A stretch of 64,000 nucleotides of DNA from Octopus vulgaris (Eukaryota): NCBI GenBank assembly GCA_951406725.2, contig OX597815.1, positions 190,402,001 to 190,466,000 of the forward strand. Reading direction: 5' to 3'. Position 1 is the first letter of the stretch, and the number at the start of each line of letters is the position of its first letter. The position numbers and the translations under genes were made by a program. Below are positions 25,523-45,882 of the stretch, in pieces. Under the pieces are notes generated by a model. It had not been told where the DNA came from, made no database searches, and worked only from the letters and a program-made list of their open reading frames with translations.

Positions 25523-26082
25523 AGCCTTACTGGCACTTGTACCGGTGGCACCTGAAAAAACATTCGAGCAAGGTCGTTGCCAATGCCGCTGGACTGGCTC
25601 CTGTGCAGGTGGCAAGTAAAAAACATCATCTGAGCGTGGTCGTTGCCAGTACCTGTTTCTTTATTACCCACAAGGGGCTAAACACAGAGGGGACAAACAA
25701 GGACAAACATAGGTATTAAGTCGATTACATCGACCCCAGTGCGTAACTGGTACTTAATTTATCGACCTCGAAAGGATGAAAGGCAAAGTCGACCTCGGCG
25801 GAATTTGAACTCGCAACGTAACGCAGACGAAATACCGCTAAGCATTTCGCCCGGCGTGCTAACGTTTCTGCCTGCTCGCCGCCTTACTGGCCCTTGTGCC
25901 GGTAGCACATAAAAGCACCCACTATACTCTCGGAGTTGTTGGTATTAAGAAGGGCATCCAGCTGTAGAAACTCTGCCAGATCAAGATTGGAGCCTGGTGC
26001 AGCCATCTGGTTCACCAGCCCTCAGTCAAATCGTCCAACCCATGATAGCAGGGAAAGCGGACGCTAAATGATGATGATGATG
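25523..26082 (+). mobile_element. Family C element interrupted by SINE A (25654-25885, minus)
   Basis: Family C repeats on both sides of a complete SINE A; (GAT)n tail. Confidence 0.85.
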
Positions 26083-26141
26083 TTGTACCTTGTAGATTTA
26101 TGCTTATCCAATTCCCAAGCCTGCAATATGACTATTAAATT

Positions 26142-26374
26142 AAGGCGGCGAGATGGCAGAAACGTTAGCACGCCGGGCGAAATGCTTAGCGATATTTCGT
26201 CTGCCGTTACGTTGTGAGTTCAAATTCCGCCGAGGTCGACTTTGCCTTTCATCCTTTCGGGGTCGATAAATTAAGTACCAGTTAGGCACTGGGGTCGATG
26301 TAATCGACTTAATACCTATGTCTGTCTTTGTTTGTCCCCTCTGTGTTTAGCCCCTTGTGGGCAATAAAGAAATA
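26142..26374 (+). mobile_element. SINE family A
   Basis: Full-length copy close to the family consensus. Confidence 0.92.
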
Positions 26375-26804
26375 TGTATTAAATGCAAGGCATTTTATTT
26401 ATTTATTTATGTATTTATTTTGAGATGAAACACCAGTTTATTAATAGCATTTAAATTCAAAGAAACAAAGAAACAGAAAGAGAAAAATAAAAGGGGTAGG
26501 TTAAGCAGCAGCAGGTAGAGGAGTGGAGGTAATGAATTACACACCTTAGAACAAAAGGCATGCTCAGCCGTGCCCCGCAATCGTGAATGCAATGGCAATG
26601 CCACAACGGCGTTGCAAAGATGGCATTGTCTCGATGGCGTTGCAACACGATTGCAGTGCTGCAATGGCGTTGCCGTGGAGAATGACCCAATGACACTCGC
26701 TGCAGTAGCCACTCCATCTTACACGCCTCGTTTCTCATAAGTAGAGGTATATCATTTTCCTAGTTGTACTCTCCTTTGTGAGCCGCTCTCTGGCTATCTG
26801 GGGC

Positions 26805-27380
26805 TTTATATAGCTATGGTGCGACCTCACCTGAAATTTGCATCACCAGTCTGGAACCCCTATCTTGCCCAGGATATTAATCGTCTGGAAACCATTCAAC
26901 GACATGCAACCAAGAGAATACCCTACATCAAGCATTTGCCATATTCTGAACGCCTTTCTTCCCTGGGCATGGACACACTGAAACTCCGACGTCTGGCAGC
27001 TAACTTGCAGACACCCATAAAATTATTAACAATCTTACTAACAATAACTCTGAGCACCTTTTCAAACTCTACCTGTCTAACACCCGTGGACATGTTTACA
27101 AAGTCAGAAAACAGCACAACTCACATGACTTTCGGAAACATTTTTTCACACTGCCGGCATCAGTTGTTAGTTGTCGGAGCACTGCATCCTTCAAAACTTC
27201 CATGCTTCCTGAGATTCACCAACACTACACCTGATTTTTCCCCTCCATACACACGCAAGCATGTATCTGCCTCATACACTGGTCACTTCCCAGACATTTG
27301 TACATTACTGCATATACTTTATATGCACTTGTGACAAGTTGTGGTGCACCTGAGCACTGTAGACAATAATTTCATTATTA
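26805..27380 (+). mobile_element. CR1-clade LINE 3' end, frameshifted
   Basis: VRPHLKFASPVWNPYLAQDINRLETIQRHATKRIP...; same family as 10384-10903, with an internal deletion. Confidence 0.9.
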
Positions 27381-27402
27381 AATTGGTTCCTTTGACGAAT
27401 GC

Positions 27403-27615
27403 TCTTTTACTCTTTTACTTGTTTCAGTCATTTGACTGTAGCCATGCCGGAGCACTGCCTTGAGTCAAGCAAATCGACCCCAGGACTTATTCTTTGTAAG
27501 CCTAGTACTTATTCTATCGGGCTCTTTTTGGTGAACCACTAAGTTACAGGGACGTAAACACACCAGCATCAGTTGTCAAGCGATGTTGGCGGGGATAAAC
27601 ACAGATACACACACA

Positions 27616-27705
<90 letters not shown>

Positions 27706-27870
27706 CGATGGGCTTCTTTTAGTTTCTGTCTACCAAATCCACTCACAAGGCTTTGGTTGGCCCAATGCTATAGTAGAAGATGCTTGCCCAAGGTGCCACA
27801 CAGTGAGACTGAACACAGAAACTATATGTGGTTCGTAAGCAAGCTACTTACTACACAGCCACTCCTACGT
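27403..27870 (-). mobile_element. SINE family B
   Basis: Family match. Confidence 0.9.
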
Positions 27871-28132
27871 CACTATACATCCTTATAACTTAACGTTTCG
27901 CCAAATGAGGCTGATAGAACAAGCACTAAATTTATAAAATATGTGCTGGGGTCCATTTGTTGAACTAAAACCCTTTATGGAGATGCACCAAAATGGCTTC
28001 AGTTCGAACAATTGAAAGATAACAGGTAAAACATATTCAGATAACAGGTTGTATAAAATATAGACATACTTTATAGACATGTAAACGTATAAGTGTGTGT
28101 GTGTGTAACGGGATACAAATACTTACGCAGAT

Positions 28133-28540
28133 TATAGAAACATGGATACATGCAGCTCAATTATTCAGGTTAATTAATGAACTAATCGGTTGATATAAAA
28201 CTCAGCGTTCCCTAAGTAAATTTGCATTCACAATGATAAACTCCTTAAATTATTTACACAATATAGATAATTATCTTCCATCACCTATGTAGTATAAAGA
28301 AAACGTTATTTACTCTCGACTACAGTTCACCTTATTAAAGCACTCTCACACACACACACACATACATACACACACACACACACGCATGCACACACACACA
28401 CATATACTCACTCGTTTACTCACTCTCCAACACGATTTCTTCCAATCTATTCCCTTAATATTTCTAAATTATTTTGTCCTTTTATACGTGATTATGTGCG
28501 TGTGCATGCATGAGGTGTGAGAGAGAGAGAGAGAGAGAAT

Positions 28541-28575
<35 letters not shown>

Positions 28576-28819
28576 TTTGTACAGACAGAAAAATTTCTCC
28601 CATACACATAAAAATCTAGGAAAAGAAAGTGAAGTTAAAAATACACTTGAGGCCTTTTAATTTATTTATTCATTTAGAGCATTCCAAGAGGTGTTCTGTA
28701 GTTCTTGATTAACACGCTTTATTCGTATTTGATCGATTGTATGTATTCTCAGGACAATGCAAGGAAAAAAATGGTATTTCGGAAAAGTCAAGTTTTTAAA
28801 CAGATTAAGCTGATCGAGA

Positions 28820-28873
<54 letters not shown>

Positions 28874-29463
28874 TAAAGCAATCATATAAGTATTATTTCC
28901 GATCTGGATTGTTTGTATATTGTTGACTTGTAAATACACCGTGACTAAATTAGCGTTCGTTGGAGCAACTTTATTCCCATTGTGCACCTGATTATTTACT
29001 TATAAATGTAGCTACTGAAATCGAAATAATTCTTTTGCAGGTTGTTATTCTTCTCTGGTCATGAATTTTTTCTACATTAGAAAAATTTTCAATATTAGAT
29101 TTCGATACCCATTAATACATATGTCTGTAAGGTTCTTTATTTTTGCTACTTTTTTAACATGTTGTAGGATAGGTTTCAAAATTTACTGAGTTTATGTGTT
29201 TTTAAGAGTAAACCCGCTTAATTTAAGATCATTATATTGTGGTATATTGATGCAAACCGAACGAAACAAGCTTATATATAACACACAGATTCTCTCTCTC
29301 TCTCTCTATCTCACACCTCATGCATGCACACGCACATAATCTCTTATTATATCAGGTATAAAAGGACAAAATAATTTAGAAATATTAAGGGAATAGATTG
29401 GAAGAAATCGTGTTGGAGAGCGAGTAAACAAGTGAGTATATGTGTGTGTGTGTGTGCATGCGC

Positions 29464-29501
<38 letters not shown>

Positions 29502-29782
29502 CTGTGTGTGTGTGTGTGTGTGTGTGTGCCTGTGTGTGTGTGTGTGTGTGTGTGTGTGCCTGTGTGTGTGAGTGCTTTAATAAGGTGAACTGTAGTCGAG
29601 AGTAAATAACGTTTTCTTTATACTACATAGGTGATGGAAGATAATTATCTATATTGTGTAAATAATTTAAGGAGTTTATCATAGTGAATGCAAATTTACT
29701 TAGGGAACGCTGAGTTTTATATCAACCGATTTGTTCATTAATTAACCTGAATAATTGAGCTACATGTATCCATGTTTCTATA
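28133..29782. repeat. Long inverted repeat (fold-back-like), arms 28133-28550 and 29281-29782
   Basis: Arms near-identical apart from CA/TG tract length. Confidence 0.92.
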
Positions 29783-30009
29783 TAACTATGTTATATAACG
29801 ATATATTGTCACATACAAAATGCAGGTAAACCAAAAAAAGGTGATATGTAGATATAGGGACTAAATTAGCATTCATTGGAGTGACTTTACTTCCATTGTG
29901 TGCTCCCTATTATTTACCTGTAAAGGTATCCACTGAGATCAAAATAATTCTTTCGCGGGTTCTTTTCTTTTTTGTCATGAAGTTTTTCTCCACTTGTTCA
30001 AGTAATATA

Positions 30010-30432
30010 CTCTTTTACTCTTTTACTTGTTTCAGTCATTTGACTGTGGCCATACTGGAGCACCGCCTGTAGTCGAGCAAATCGACCCCAGGACTTATTC
30101 TTTGTAAGCCTAGTACTTATTATATCGGTCTCTTTTGCCGAACAGCTAAGTTACGGGGACGTAAACACACCAGCATCGGTTGTCAAGCGATGTTGCGGGG
30201 ACAAACACAGACACACAAACACACACACACACACACACACACATACATATACACATATATATATATACGACGGGCTTCTTTCAGTTTCCGCCTACCAAAT
30301 CCACTCACAAGGCTTTGGTTGGCCTGAGGCTATAGTAGAAGACACTTGCCCAAGGTGCCACACAGTAGGACTGAACCTGGAACCATGCGGTTCGTAAACA
30401 AGCTACTTACCACACAGCACTCCTACACCTAT
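30010..30432 (-). mobile_element. SINE family B
   Basis: Family match; interrupts the 29858-30670 repeat. Confidence 0.9.
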
Positions 30433-31029
30433 AATATGTTGAAAAAATTTTCGATATCAGATTTCGATACCCATTAATACATTTGTCTGTGGTGTTCTGT
30501 CTGTTTCTATTTTATTTTTTATTTTCTTCTAGTGTTGGTTTTAAGATGTCAGAGTCAATTCTTATGAAATTCAGAATGTGTTGTAGAAAAGGTTTCAAAA
30601 GAATTTACCGAGTCTATGTGTTTTGCAAGAGTAATCCGCTTAATTTAAGATCATTATGAAGTGGTATATCAATACACACTGATTCTCTGCAGGCATCGTA
30701 TATTGTTCTACTCTTGTATATTTTGAAAAGTCTATAAAAATTACCGCTCAGTAATTACGAAACCGAATTTAAAAAGGCATAAAATGCTGATAAATCATTC
30801 ATGAAGAAAATTGAAAAGCACAACTTACCAAAACAGGCAAATTTATTGTCGTCATGGATACAAAAAATTACATTAATTCCAGAAAATTTTCGACAAGGAA
30901 ACAACTTTATCAGAAGAAACAAAAATTCTGTTTGCATCACAACGGTATTTATCAAAATAAGGTGAAACAAATTTACACAAAGGAATAGAAATTATAATCC
31001 AAAGGTAATTTTATACAATCGAAACTTAA

Positions 31030-31175
31030 GTGCAGACATGGGCATGTGGTAAGATGCTTGCTTCCCAATCACATGGTTCCGGGTTCAGTCCCATTGCGTG
31101 GCACCTTGGGTAAGTGTCTTCTACTATTGCCTTGTGAGTGAATTTAGTGGACAGAAACAGCGTTGAAGCCCGACA
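31030..31175 (+). mobile_element. SINE family B 5' part
   Basis: Family match. Confidence 0.8.
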
Positions 31176-31191
31176 TATCTATATATATAAG

Positions 31192-31420
31192 AAGGCGGCG
31201 AGCTGGCAGAAACGTTAGCACGCCGGGCGAAATGCGTTGCCGTATTTCGTCTGCTGTTACGTTCCGAGTTCAAATTCCGCCGAGGTCGACTTTGCCTTTC
31301 ATCCTTCCGGGTCGATAAATTAAGTACCAGTTACGCACTGGGGTCGATGTAATCGACTTAATCCCTTTGTTTGTCCTTGTTTGTCTCCTCTGTGTTTAGC
31401 CCCTTGTGGGTAGTAAAGAA

Positions 31421-31422
<2 letters not shown>
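31192..31422 (+). mobile_element. SINE family A
   Basis: Full-length copy in a TA tract. Confidence 0.92.
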
Positions 31423-31469
<47 letters not shown>

Positions 31470-31472
<3 letters not shown>

Positions 31473-31997
31473 GGTCATCCCATAAACAATGTGGGTTTTT
31501 TTTATTCTTCTTTTATTTTTCAAAATTAAGATAAACAAAGTTCTTTTCTAATCTAAAATATACTCTTCTTCATTTTCTACAATGTTCTTCCATCTATCTG
31601 GTAAACTTGCAAGGACTCTCTTCCAAAATTCACTTATCTATGACGATAAATACTCCTCCACTACTCTTCTGACCTCGTCTACAGAATTTTTTTTTTTTCT
31701 GTCCAAATGATTTTGAAGTCCGTGGAATAAATGATAATCAGATGGAGTAATGACCGGCGGATATGATAGGTGGGGCATCGTTTCCCATTCAAACTGATCC
31801 AGCCTTTGGAATGTCATCCTCGCTGTATGTGACCGAGCATTATCCTGATGGAAGAACACCTTTCGCCTTGAAACCAAAGATGGTCATTTTTCTTCTAGCG
31901 CTGATTTATGCTGCTCAAGCTGCTCATGGTAGATCTCCTTTGTTATCATTTGGTTTGGGTTTAAAAGTTCAAAGTGAACTAAACCCACCAAAGATAT
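31470..31997 (-). mobile_element. mariner transposon 3' relic
   Basis: FHQDNARSHTA..HLSYPPVITPSDYHLFHGLQNHL resembles the mariner HDNARPH / YSPDLAPSDY catalytic region; frameshifted. Confidence 0.9.
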
Positions 31998-32589
31998 AAC
32001 AACTTACGCTAAATTAGTCATGGCGTACTGACAAGTACAAATATATAAACGGGCCAGATCAAAATATGGTAACAGTTCCATAGAAATTCATTAGAAGCCT
32101 GAAAATGATACTTGAATGGTTGCTTTATCACATGTATATACAATCCTGATCAACACCAAAAGTCTAAAAACAATATTCATTTTAAGATGTAAAAATAGTA
32201 AAAAAAAAATACCTCTTTGAATATTTTAGACAATTAAAGAGAGTTGAAAATGGCAACCGGCAGTTACTTAAAACCAACAGACTCTAAAAAATACTTGGTT
32301 ATTTGTTTCTTGTCATACAAGAACGAATATAAAATTTAATTTGGAAAAAAGAAACCGTAAAATTGTATCTATTCTGGAAGATCAAGATAATGACTTAAAG
32401 AATTAAAAAAGATAGTACCCGGTAACATTAATTCAGTTTAATAGAGCATGTCAAACTGTGAAAGGCAAAATTCACTTTGAAACTCAATAATTTGCCCTAG
32501 GTACTAACACATAATCCAAGAAATACAGAAGCCTACACTCTTGCTTATAATATAACATGGCCAAAAAAAATGCAAAATGTAAGGAAAAA

Positions 32590-33003
32590 TGAGTGGCTGT
32601 GTGGTAAGTAGCTTGCTAACCAACCACATGGTTCCGGGTTCAGTCCTACTGCGTGGCATCTTGGGCAAGTGTCTTCTGCTAGAGCCCCGGGCCGACTAAT
32701 GCCTTGTGAGTGGATTTGGTAGACGGAAACTGAAAGAAGCCTGTCGTATATATGTATATATATATATGTGTGTGTGTGTTTGTGTGTCTGTGTTTGTCCC
32801 CCTAGCATTGTTTGACAACTGATGCTGGTGTGTTTATGTCCCCGTCACTTAGCGGTTCGGCAAAAAGAGACCGATAGAATAAGTACTGGGCTTACAAAGA
32901 ATAAGTCCCGGGGTCGAGTTGCTCGACTAAAGGCGGTGCTCCAGCATGGCCGCAGTTAAATGACTGAAACAAGTAAAAGAGTAAAAGAGTAAAGAGTAAG
33001 AGT
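32590..33003 (+). mobile_element. SINE family B
   Basis: Family match. Confidence 0.9.
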
Positions 33004-33570
33004 AATTCAAAGAAAATATTAACCAGCATTGAATACTTTACTAAAATTTCAACTCTAACAGTAAGAAAATTAGGAAGAACGGCAGAATCTGCATTAATTT
33101 CATTGAAGCTGCAATGTATGAATTTATATCAGGACACTTCCGATATGCATCAAGAAATATATTTAATATAATGGATGTAACAATAACAAAGATTATAAAT
33201 GACAAACGATATCAACATTGTGGAAAGGAATACATGCTCATCAACAACAAATAAGAAACCCCAGGACCAGGCAACTACCAACTGATGAAGCTTTGAAGTC
33301 AAACACGCCAAATTAATTTTCTAAGTTACTCAGATTTTTTATTGTACCAATGTGCTGACAACAATACAAAGATAATACGTGTAAACAATCGATATTTAAG
33401 TTATATAAATGATGTCTAAATGGATTGTGTAATATAAATGAATGAAAATCCCTCGGGGGCACATTCAGCTTCAGCATATATATATATATCTGTGTGTATG
33501 CATATATATTAATGTAAAGATATAGCAATCATAGAGATTAATTCATGGTTAAACTGTTTGTATCCCATAG

Positions 33571-33705
33571 AGAAAGTTTATCTAACGAGATGCTAATGCT
33601 TTCAGAACAGCAGCAAGCTGAGAATTCAGTTGAGAATACGAAAATTCTACCAATTTCCCTTGAATTGAATACAAAGAATATTGCTAAAGAATTAGCACTT
33701 ATGGA
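33571..33705 (+). CDS. Candidate internal coding exon, unknown product
   Basis: catag| 135 nt open (ESLSNEMLMLSEQQQAENSVENTKILPISLELNTKNIAKELALM) |gtaata; phase 2-2; no homology recognised. Confidence 0.3.
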
Positions 33706-33717
33706 GTAATATATTGA

Positions 33718-33946
33718 TCTTTTGCTTGTTTCTGTCATTCTACTGCAGCTATTTGTTGGGGCACTGCCTTAAAGGGCTTCTGTCGAGCAAATCAACCCCA
33801 GGATCTATTTTTAAAGCTTAGTACTTATTCTATCGGTGTTTTTTGGTGAACTGCTAAGTTACGGGGACATAAACACACCAGTGCAGATAGTCAAGCGGTG
33901 GTGGAGGACAAACGCAGACACAAAGGCATACATAAATGTATACACC

Positions 33947-34010
<64 letters not shown>

Positions 34011-34280
34011 AAGTTAGAGGTTATGGGTGCAACCCACTAAGGGATAGTATTTATCCAATCTACTGTTGCTAAAGTACCCAAATTCTTAATACATAAATGT
34101 TTTTAATTACAATGCAATTATTGTATTAAACGGGTATACGATGGGCTTCTTTCAGTTTCCCTCTACCATATCCATTCACAAGGCTTTGATCGGCCCAAGG
34201 CTATAGTAGAAGACACTTACCCAAGGTGGCACGCAGTGGGACTGAACCCGGAACCATGTGGCTAGGAAACAGGCTTCTTT
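33718..34280 (-). mobile_element. SINE family B with insertion in its TA tract
   Basis: Family match; foreign sequence at about 34006-34134. Confidence 0.85.
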
Positions 34281-34420
34281 CCCGATGACAGCCCTAACCA
34301 TGAATGTAACATAAAAATTACAAAATGAGTTTACAATGAGCTCCGTTCCTACACAGACCAGCACAAAGAGATGATGCATCATAAACGTCAATCAATTCTG
34401 GATAAGTTCTTTATTCCTTT

Positions 34421-34596
34421 AAATAGATGTTAATGATGGATGAGCTATAAGATAGAAGATAGTGCCCCTCATCTTCCCAGTAACTCTCATCCTACCACCA
34501 CCACCATCACCACCACCACCACTATTACAGTTGTCAACATCTTTTGTGATAAGAACGTATCCTATCATGATATTACAATTATTTCTCTATGAGTGC
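34421..34596. repeat. Inverted repeat arm, partner 38183-38390
   Basis: High-identity reverse complement including a CAC/GTG tract. Confidence 0.9.
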
Positions 34597-34668
34597 TAAC
34601 CCTGAGGTATTTCTCTTCAAATGCTTTTATATATGCATATTATACTGTGTATGCAGTATAAATTAGAA

Positions 34669-34709
<41 letters not shown>

Positions 34710-34717
34710 CATTATTA

Positions 34718-34748
<31 letters not shown>

Positions 34749-34774
34749 CATTATTATCATTATTATTATTATTA

Positions 34775-34817
<43 letters not shown>

Positions 34818-34825
34818 CATTATTA

Positions 34826-34913
<88 letters not shown>

Positions 34914-34915
34914 CA
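34669..34915. repeat. (ATT/ATC)n microsatellite
   Basis: Direct. Confidence 0.97.
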
Positions 34916-34984
34916 TGCTCACAAGTGGTCCTGTTGCTTTTACTTTTATTTTGTTGCTTTTCTTCCCTTTTCTTTTCTCTTCAG

Positions 34985-35018
34985 TAACCGTTCGTCAGAA
35001 AGCATTATGAATTCATAA
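34985..35018 (+). CDS. Candidate terminal coding exon
   Basis: Long polypyrimidine tract + tcag acceptor; phase-compatible with 33571-33705, giving ..ALMDNRSSESIMNS*. Confidence 0.25.
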
Positions 35019-35151
35019 CATGAAAATCAATGGGAAAATTAATTTCGACCAACGAGATTTCGCGTTACAACAAGTGTTTTTATTTTCAAGAACGCGTTAT
35101 TCCTGTAATGGATGAGATTCCTGTAACATTGCTTTTGAAATCCTGTTATAT

Positions 35152-35552
35152 TCTTTTACTCTTTTACTTATTTCAGTCATTTGACTGTGGCCATGCTGGA
35201 GCACCGCTTTTAGTCAAGAAAATCAACCCCAGGACTTATTCTTTGTAAGCCTAGTACTTATTCTCTCAGTCTCTTTTGCTGAACTGCTAAGTTATAGGGA
35301 TGTAAACACACCAGCATCAGTTGTCAAGCAATGTTGGAGGGGCTAACACAGACGCACAAACATATACACAAACATACATACATATATACATATATACGAC
35401 GAGCTTCTTTCAGTTTCCGTCAACCAAATCCACTCACAAGGCTTTGGTCGGCCTGAGGCTATAGTAGAAGACACTTGCCCAAAGTGCCACGAAGTGGGAC
35501 TGAACCCGGAACCATGTGGTTGGTAAGGAAGCTACTTACCACACAGCCACGC
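35152..35552 (-). mobile_element. SINE family B
   Basis: Family match. Confidence 0.9.
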
Positions 35553-35749
35553 TTTGGAGATTTTAAATTTAGTGATAAGTATTCATGTGGTATTTAGACT
35601 AATGTTTGCTCTTTTGCTGTATCATGGTGAAAAAAATTGCATGTTATACACCAGGCATGCTAAGATTCTTTTGAAGTATTCATTTTAAGAAAAGAAAAGA
35701 AAATTCGTAGGTTTCAGCTGTACATGAGTTACAAGGTTTTATCCAACGC

Positions 35750-36105
35750 TTTTCTTTTACTTTCTCTAATTTCAGTCTTTAGACTGCGGTCATGCTGGAG
35801 CACAGCTTTGAAGAACTCTTAATTTTTAAACCTATTATTTATTCTGTAGGTTTCTTTTGACAAACTGCTTAAGTTACAGGGACGTAAACACACCAACGCC
35901 GGTTGTCAAGTGGAGATGGGAGAAAAACACAACACACACATACATACACGCATATGTATACGTCGGGCTTCTTTTAGTTTCCATCAAGCAAATCCACGCG
36001 CTAGGCTTTGGTCGGTTCGAGGTTATATATATATAGCAGAAGACACTTTCTCAAGGTACCACACAATGGGAATGAACCCAGAACCATGTGATTGGAAAGC
36101 AGGGA
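35750..36105 (-). mobile_element. SINE family B (old)
   Basis: Diverged family match. Confidence 0.75.
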
Positions 36106-36471
36106 TTTAGCTCCGTTAATAAAGCTCTATCGAAGCTTCTACTGAAATCTGCTTATTCTTTCAACTCCCATGCATAACAAAACACACACACACTCACAAA
36201 TACTCACATAGGACACATGCACTCATGCACTTACACAGCTAACAGCACTCATGAGCTTAGCCGTATTTGTTTCGAGTTTCAGAACGCAAAAGAAATTCAA
36301 CCAGTCTTTTAAGTGCCATCATCTGAAGAAACGTATATTTAATCTCTATGTTATTGAGTGCTGTACTTAAATTGTGGTTCTTCCAGTTTAATTTTTAACT
36401 AGGCATCTACTTAATCATCACATACATACATATATGTGTACGTAGGTATAAATGTAATATTTAAGTAGATG

Positions 36472-36542
<71 letters not shown>

Positions 36543-36700
36543 GTGAAATAGAAAGATGAATAATCTTGTAGTAGATTAATCAAAAGTTTAACCGATACCT
36601 TAGTAGCAAAAATCACAGCAGTAAACTGTGTAGAAACACGTGTAGAATGAAATAAAACGATTTCTGTTCAATCTGCGTTCAGCTCCATTTCTTCAATTCA

Positions 36701-36734
<34 letters not shown>

Positions 36735-36735
<1 letters not shown>

Positions 36736-36921
36736 CTTTCTTTTACTTGTTTCAGTCATTTGACTGCGGCCATGCTGGAGCACCGCCTTTAGTCGAGCAA
36801 ATCGACCCCGGGACTTATTCTTTGTAAGCCCAGTACTTTTGCTAAGTGACGGGGACGAAAAACACACCAGCATCAGTTGTCAAACAATGCTAGAGGAACA
36901 AACACAGACACACAAACATAT

Positions 36922-36986
<65 letters not shown>

Positions 36987-37151
36987 TACGACAGGCTTCT
37001 TTCAGTTTCCGTCTACCAAATCCACTCACAAGGCTTTGGTCGGCCCAAGACTATAGCAGAGGACACTTGCCCAAGATGCCACGCAGTGGGACTGAACCCG
37101 GGACCATGTGGTTGGTTAGCAAGCTACTTACCACACAGCCACTCCTGCGCC

Positions 37152-37192
<41 letters not shown>

Positions 37193-37405
37193 GTTTCTGT
37201 GTTTGTCCTGCCACCATCGCTTGACAACCGATGTTGGTGTGTTTATGTCTCCATAACTTAGCAGTTCGGAAAAAGAGACCGATAGAATAAGTACTAGGCT
37301 TACAAAACAATAAGTCCTTGGAGTTGATTTGCTTGACTAAAGGCCGTGCTCCAGCATGGCCGCAGTCAAATGACTGAAATAAACAAACAAATAAAAGAAA
37401 AGAAT
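36735..37405. mobile_element. Back-to-back SINE B copies (36735-37155 minus, 37155-37405 plus partial)
   Basis: Family match in both orientations. Confidence 0.88.
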
Positions 37406-37559
37406 AAAATAATATATATATATATACATATATGTATTATCAGTTTCAACTCAGAGCTGCGGCCATGCTGGGGCACCGCGGTTTTGCTACACTGTTATTA
37501 CTGAGAGCTTCCTCTAATATGTGGCATTTGCCGAATAATATATATATATTTTTTCAAAA

Positions 37560-37749
37560 TGTGACCGCGTGTGTACCGTTGGCGATTCTTTTTCCTCTGT
37601 CTTCCTTTCTCTGGATCTTTCCGACGAAGAGCTCCGCTCGAAACGTTAAACCCTCCTTCTTTCCTTCTTTCCTGAGCGTCCAATAATACTATATTTGTTC
37701 CACGTCCTCGCGTTGTTGTTTTTTTTTTGTGCTTTCTTGTTTGGATTAC

Positions 37750-37752
<3 letters not shown>
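37560..37752 (+). mobile_element. Short HHR-bearing element
   Basis: 37618-37650: ttt CCGACGA a gagc tcc gctc GAAA cg TT aaa; tail ends in (TA)n. Confidence 0.6.
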
Positions 37753-37824
<72 letters not shown>

Positions 37825-37892
37825 TGTATGTATATAGCACATAAATATGCATATAATGTACACATGTATGATATGAAATACGATATATGAAA

Positions 37893-38066
37893 GAAATTGC
37901 TGTATACAGTGCTACAGTGCTCAGGTGCACTATAACTAAGAAAAGAAATAAGAAAGAAAAAGGCCATCAGGTGTGCTGTTGGCGGATTTCAGGAAGCATG
38001 GAAGTTTTGGAGGATGTAGTGTCTCGACAGGTAACAACTGATGCGGGTAGTTTATTCCATGCCTCA
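37893..38066 (-). mobile_element. CR1 3' fragment
   Basis: Reverse complement matches 10645-10745 and 10855-10888. Confidence 0.8.
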
Positions 38067-38449
38067 ATGCACGCGCGCATGTATGCATGTGTATGTGCGT
38101 TCGTTAGAAAAGAGGGAACCATAACGAATGATATAACTCGATATTACTTTGTAAATGTAGGTGAGTATAATGAATACGCCGAGCACTTATATAGAGAAAT
38201 AAATTTGTAATATCACGATAGGATACGTTCTTATCACAAAAGATGTTGACAACTGTAATAGTGGTGGTGGCGGTGGTGGTGGCGGTGGTGGTGGTGGTGG
38301 TGGTGGTGGTGGTAGTAGGATGAGAGTTACTGGGAAGATGAGGCGCACTTATCTTCTATCTTACGCCTCATCCATCATCAACATCTATTTGTATATGCGT
38401 ATAATTTGTGTCTTCTCTGGGTTTTCGTACTTTAGCATAAAAATCTCAT

Positions 38450-45735
<7,286 letters not shown>

Positions 45736-45843
45736 CAAGCAATGAAATTCTAACTTAGTCTGATTTTCATGTTTTGATATTTGCAATTTTTACAATTTTA
45801 CAATATTGGAATAAACTAGTATTTTCATGCATTATGAATGTAT

Positions 45844-45880
<37 letters not shown>

Positions 45881-45882
<2 letters not shown>

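Larger units (their letters stand above)
30760..33320 (+). pseudogene. Decayed Penelope-like retroelement (RT + GIY-YIG relics) with nested insertions
   Basis: KTGKFIVVMDTKNYI (about 30830), *K*YLNGCFIT (about 32100; decayed WKRYLDDCFI), KPTDSKKYL/SCH..NIKFNLEKR (about 32270-32355), ISGHFR..KEYMLINNK*ETP (about 33125-33262), degenerate HHR at 33282. Confidence 0.7.
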
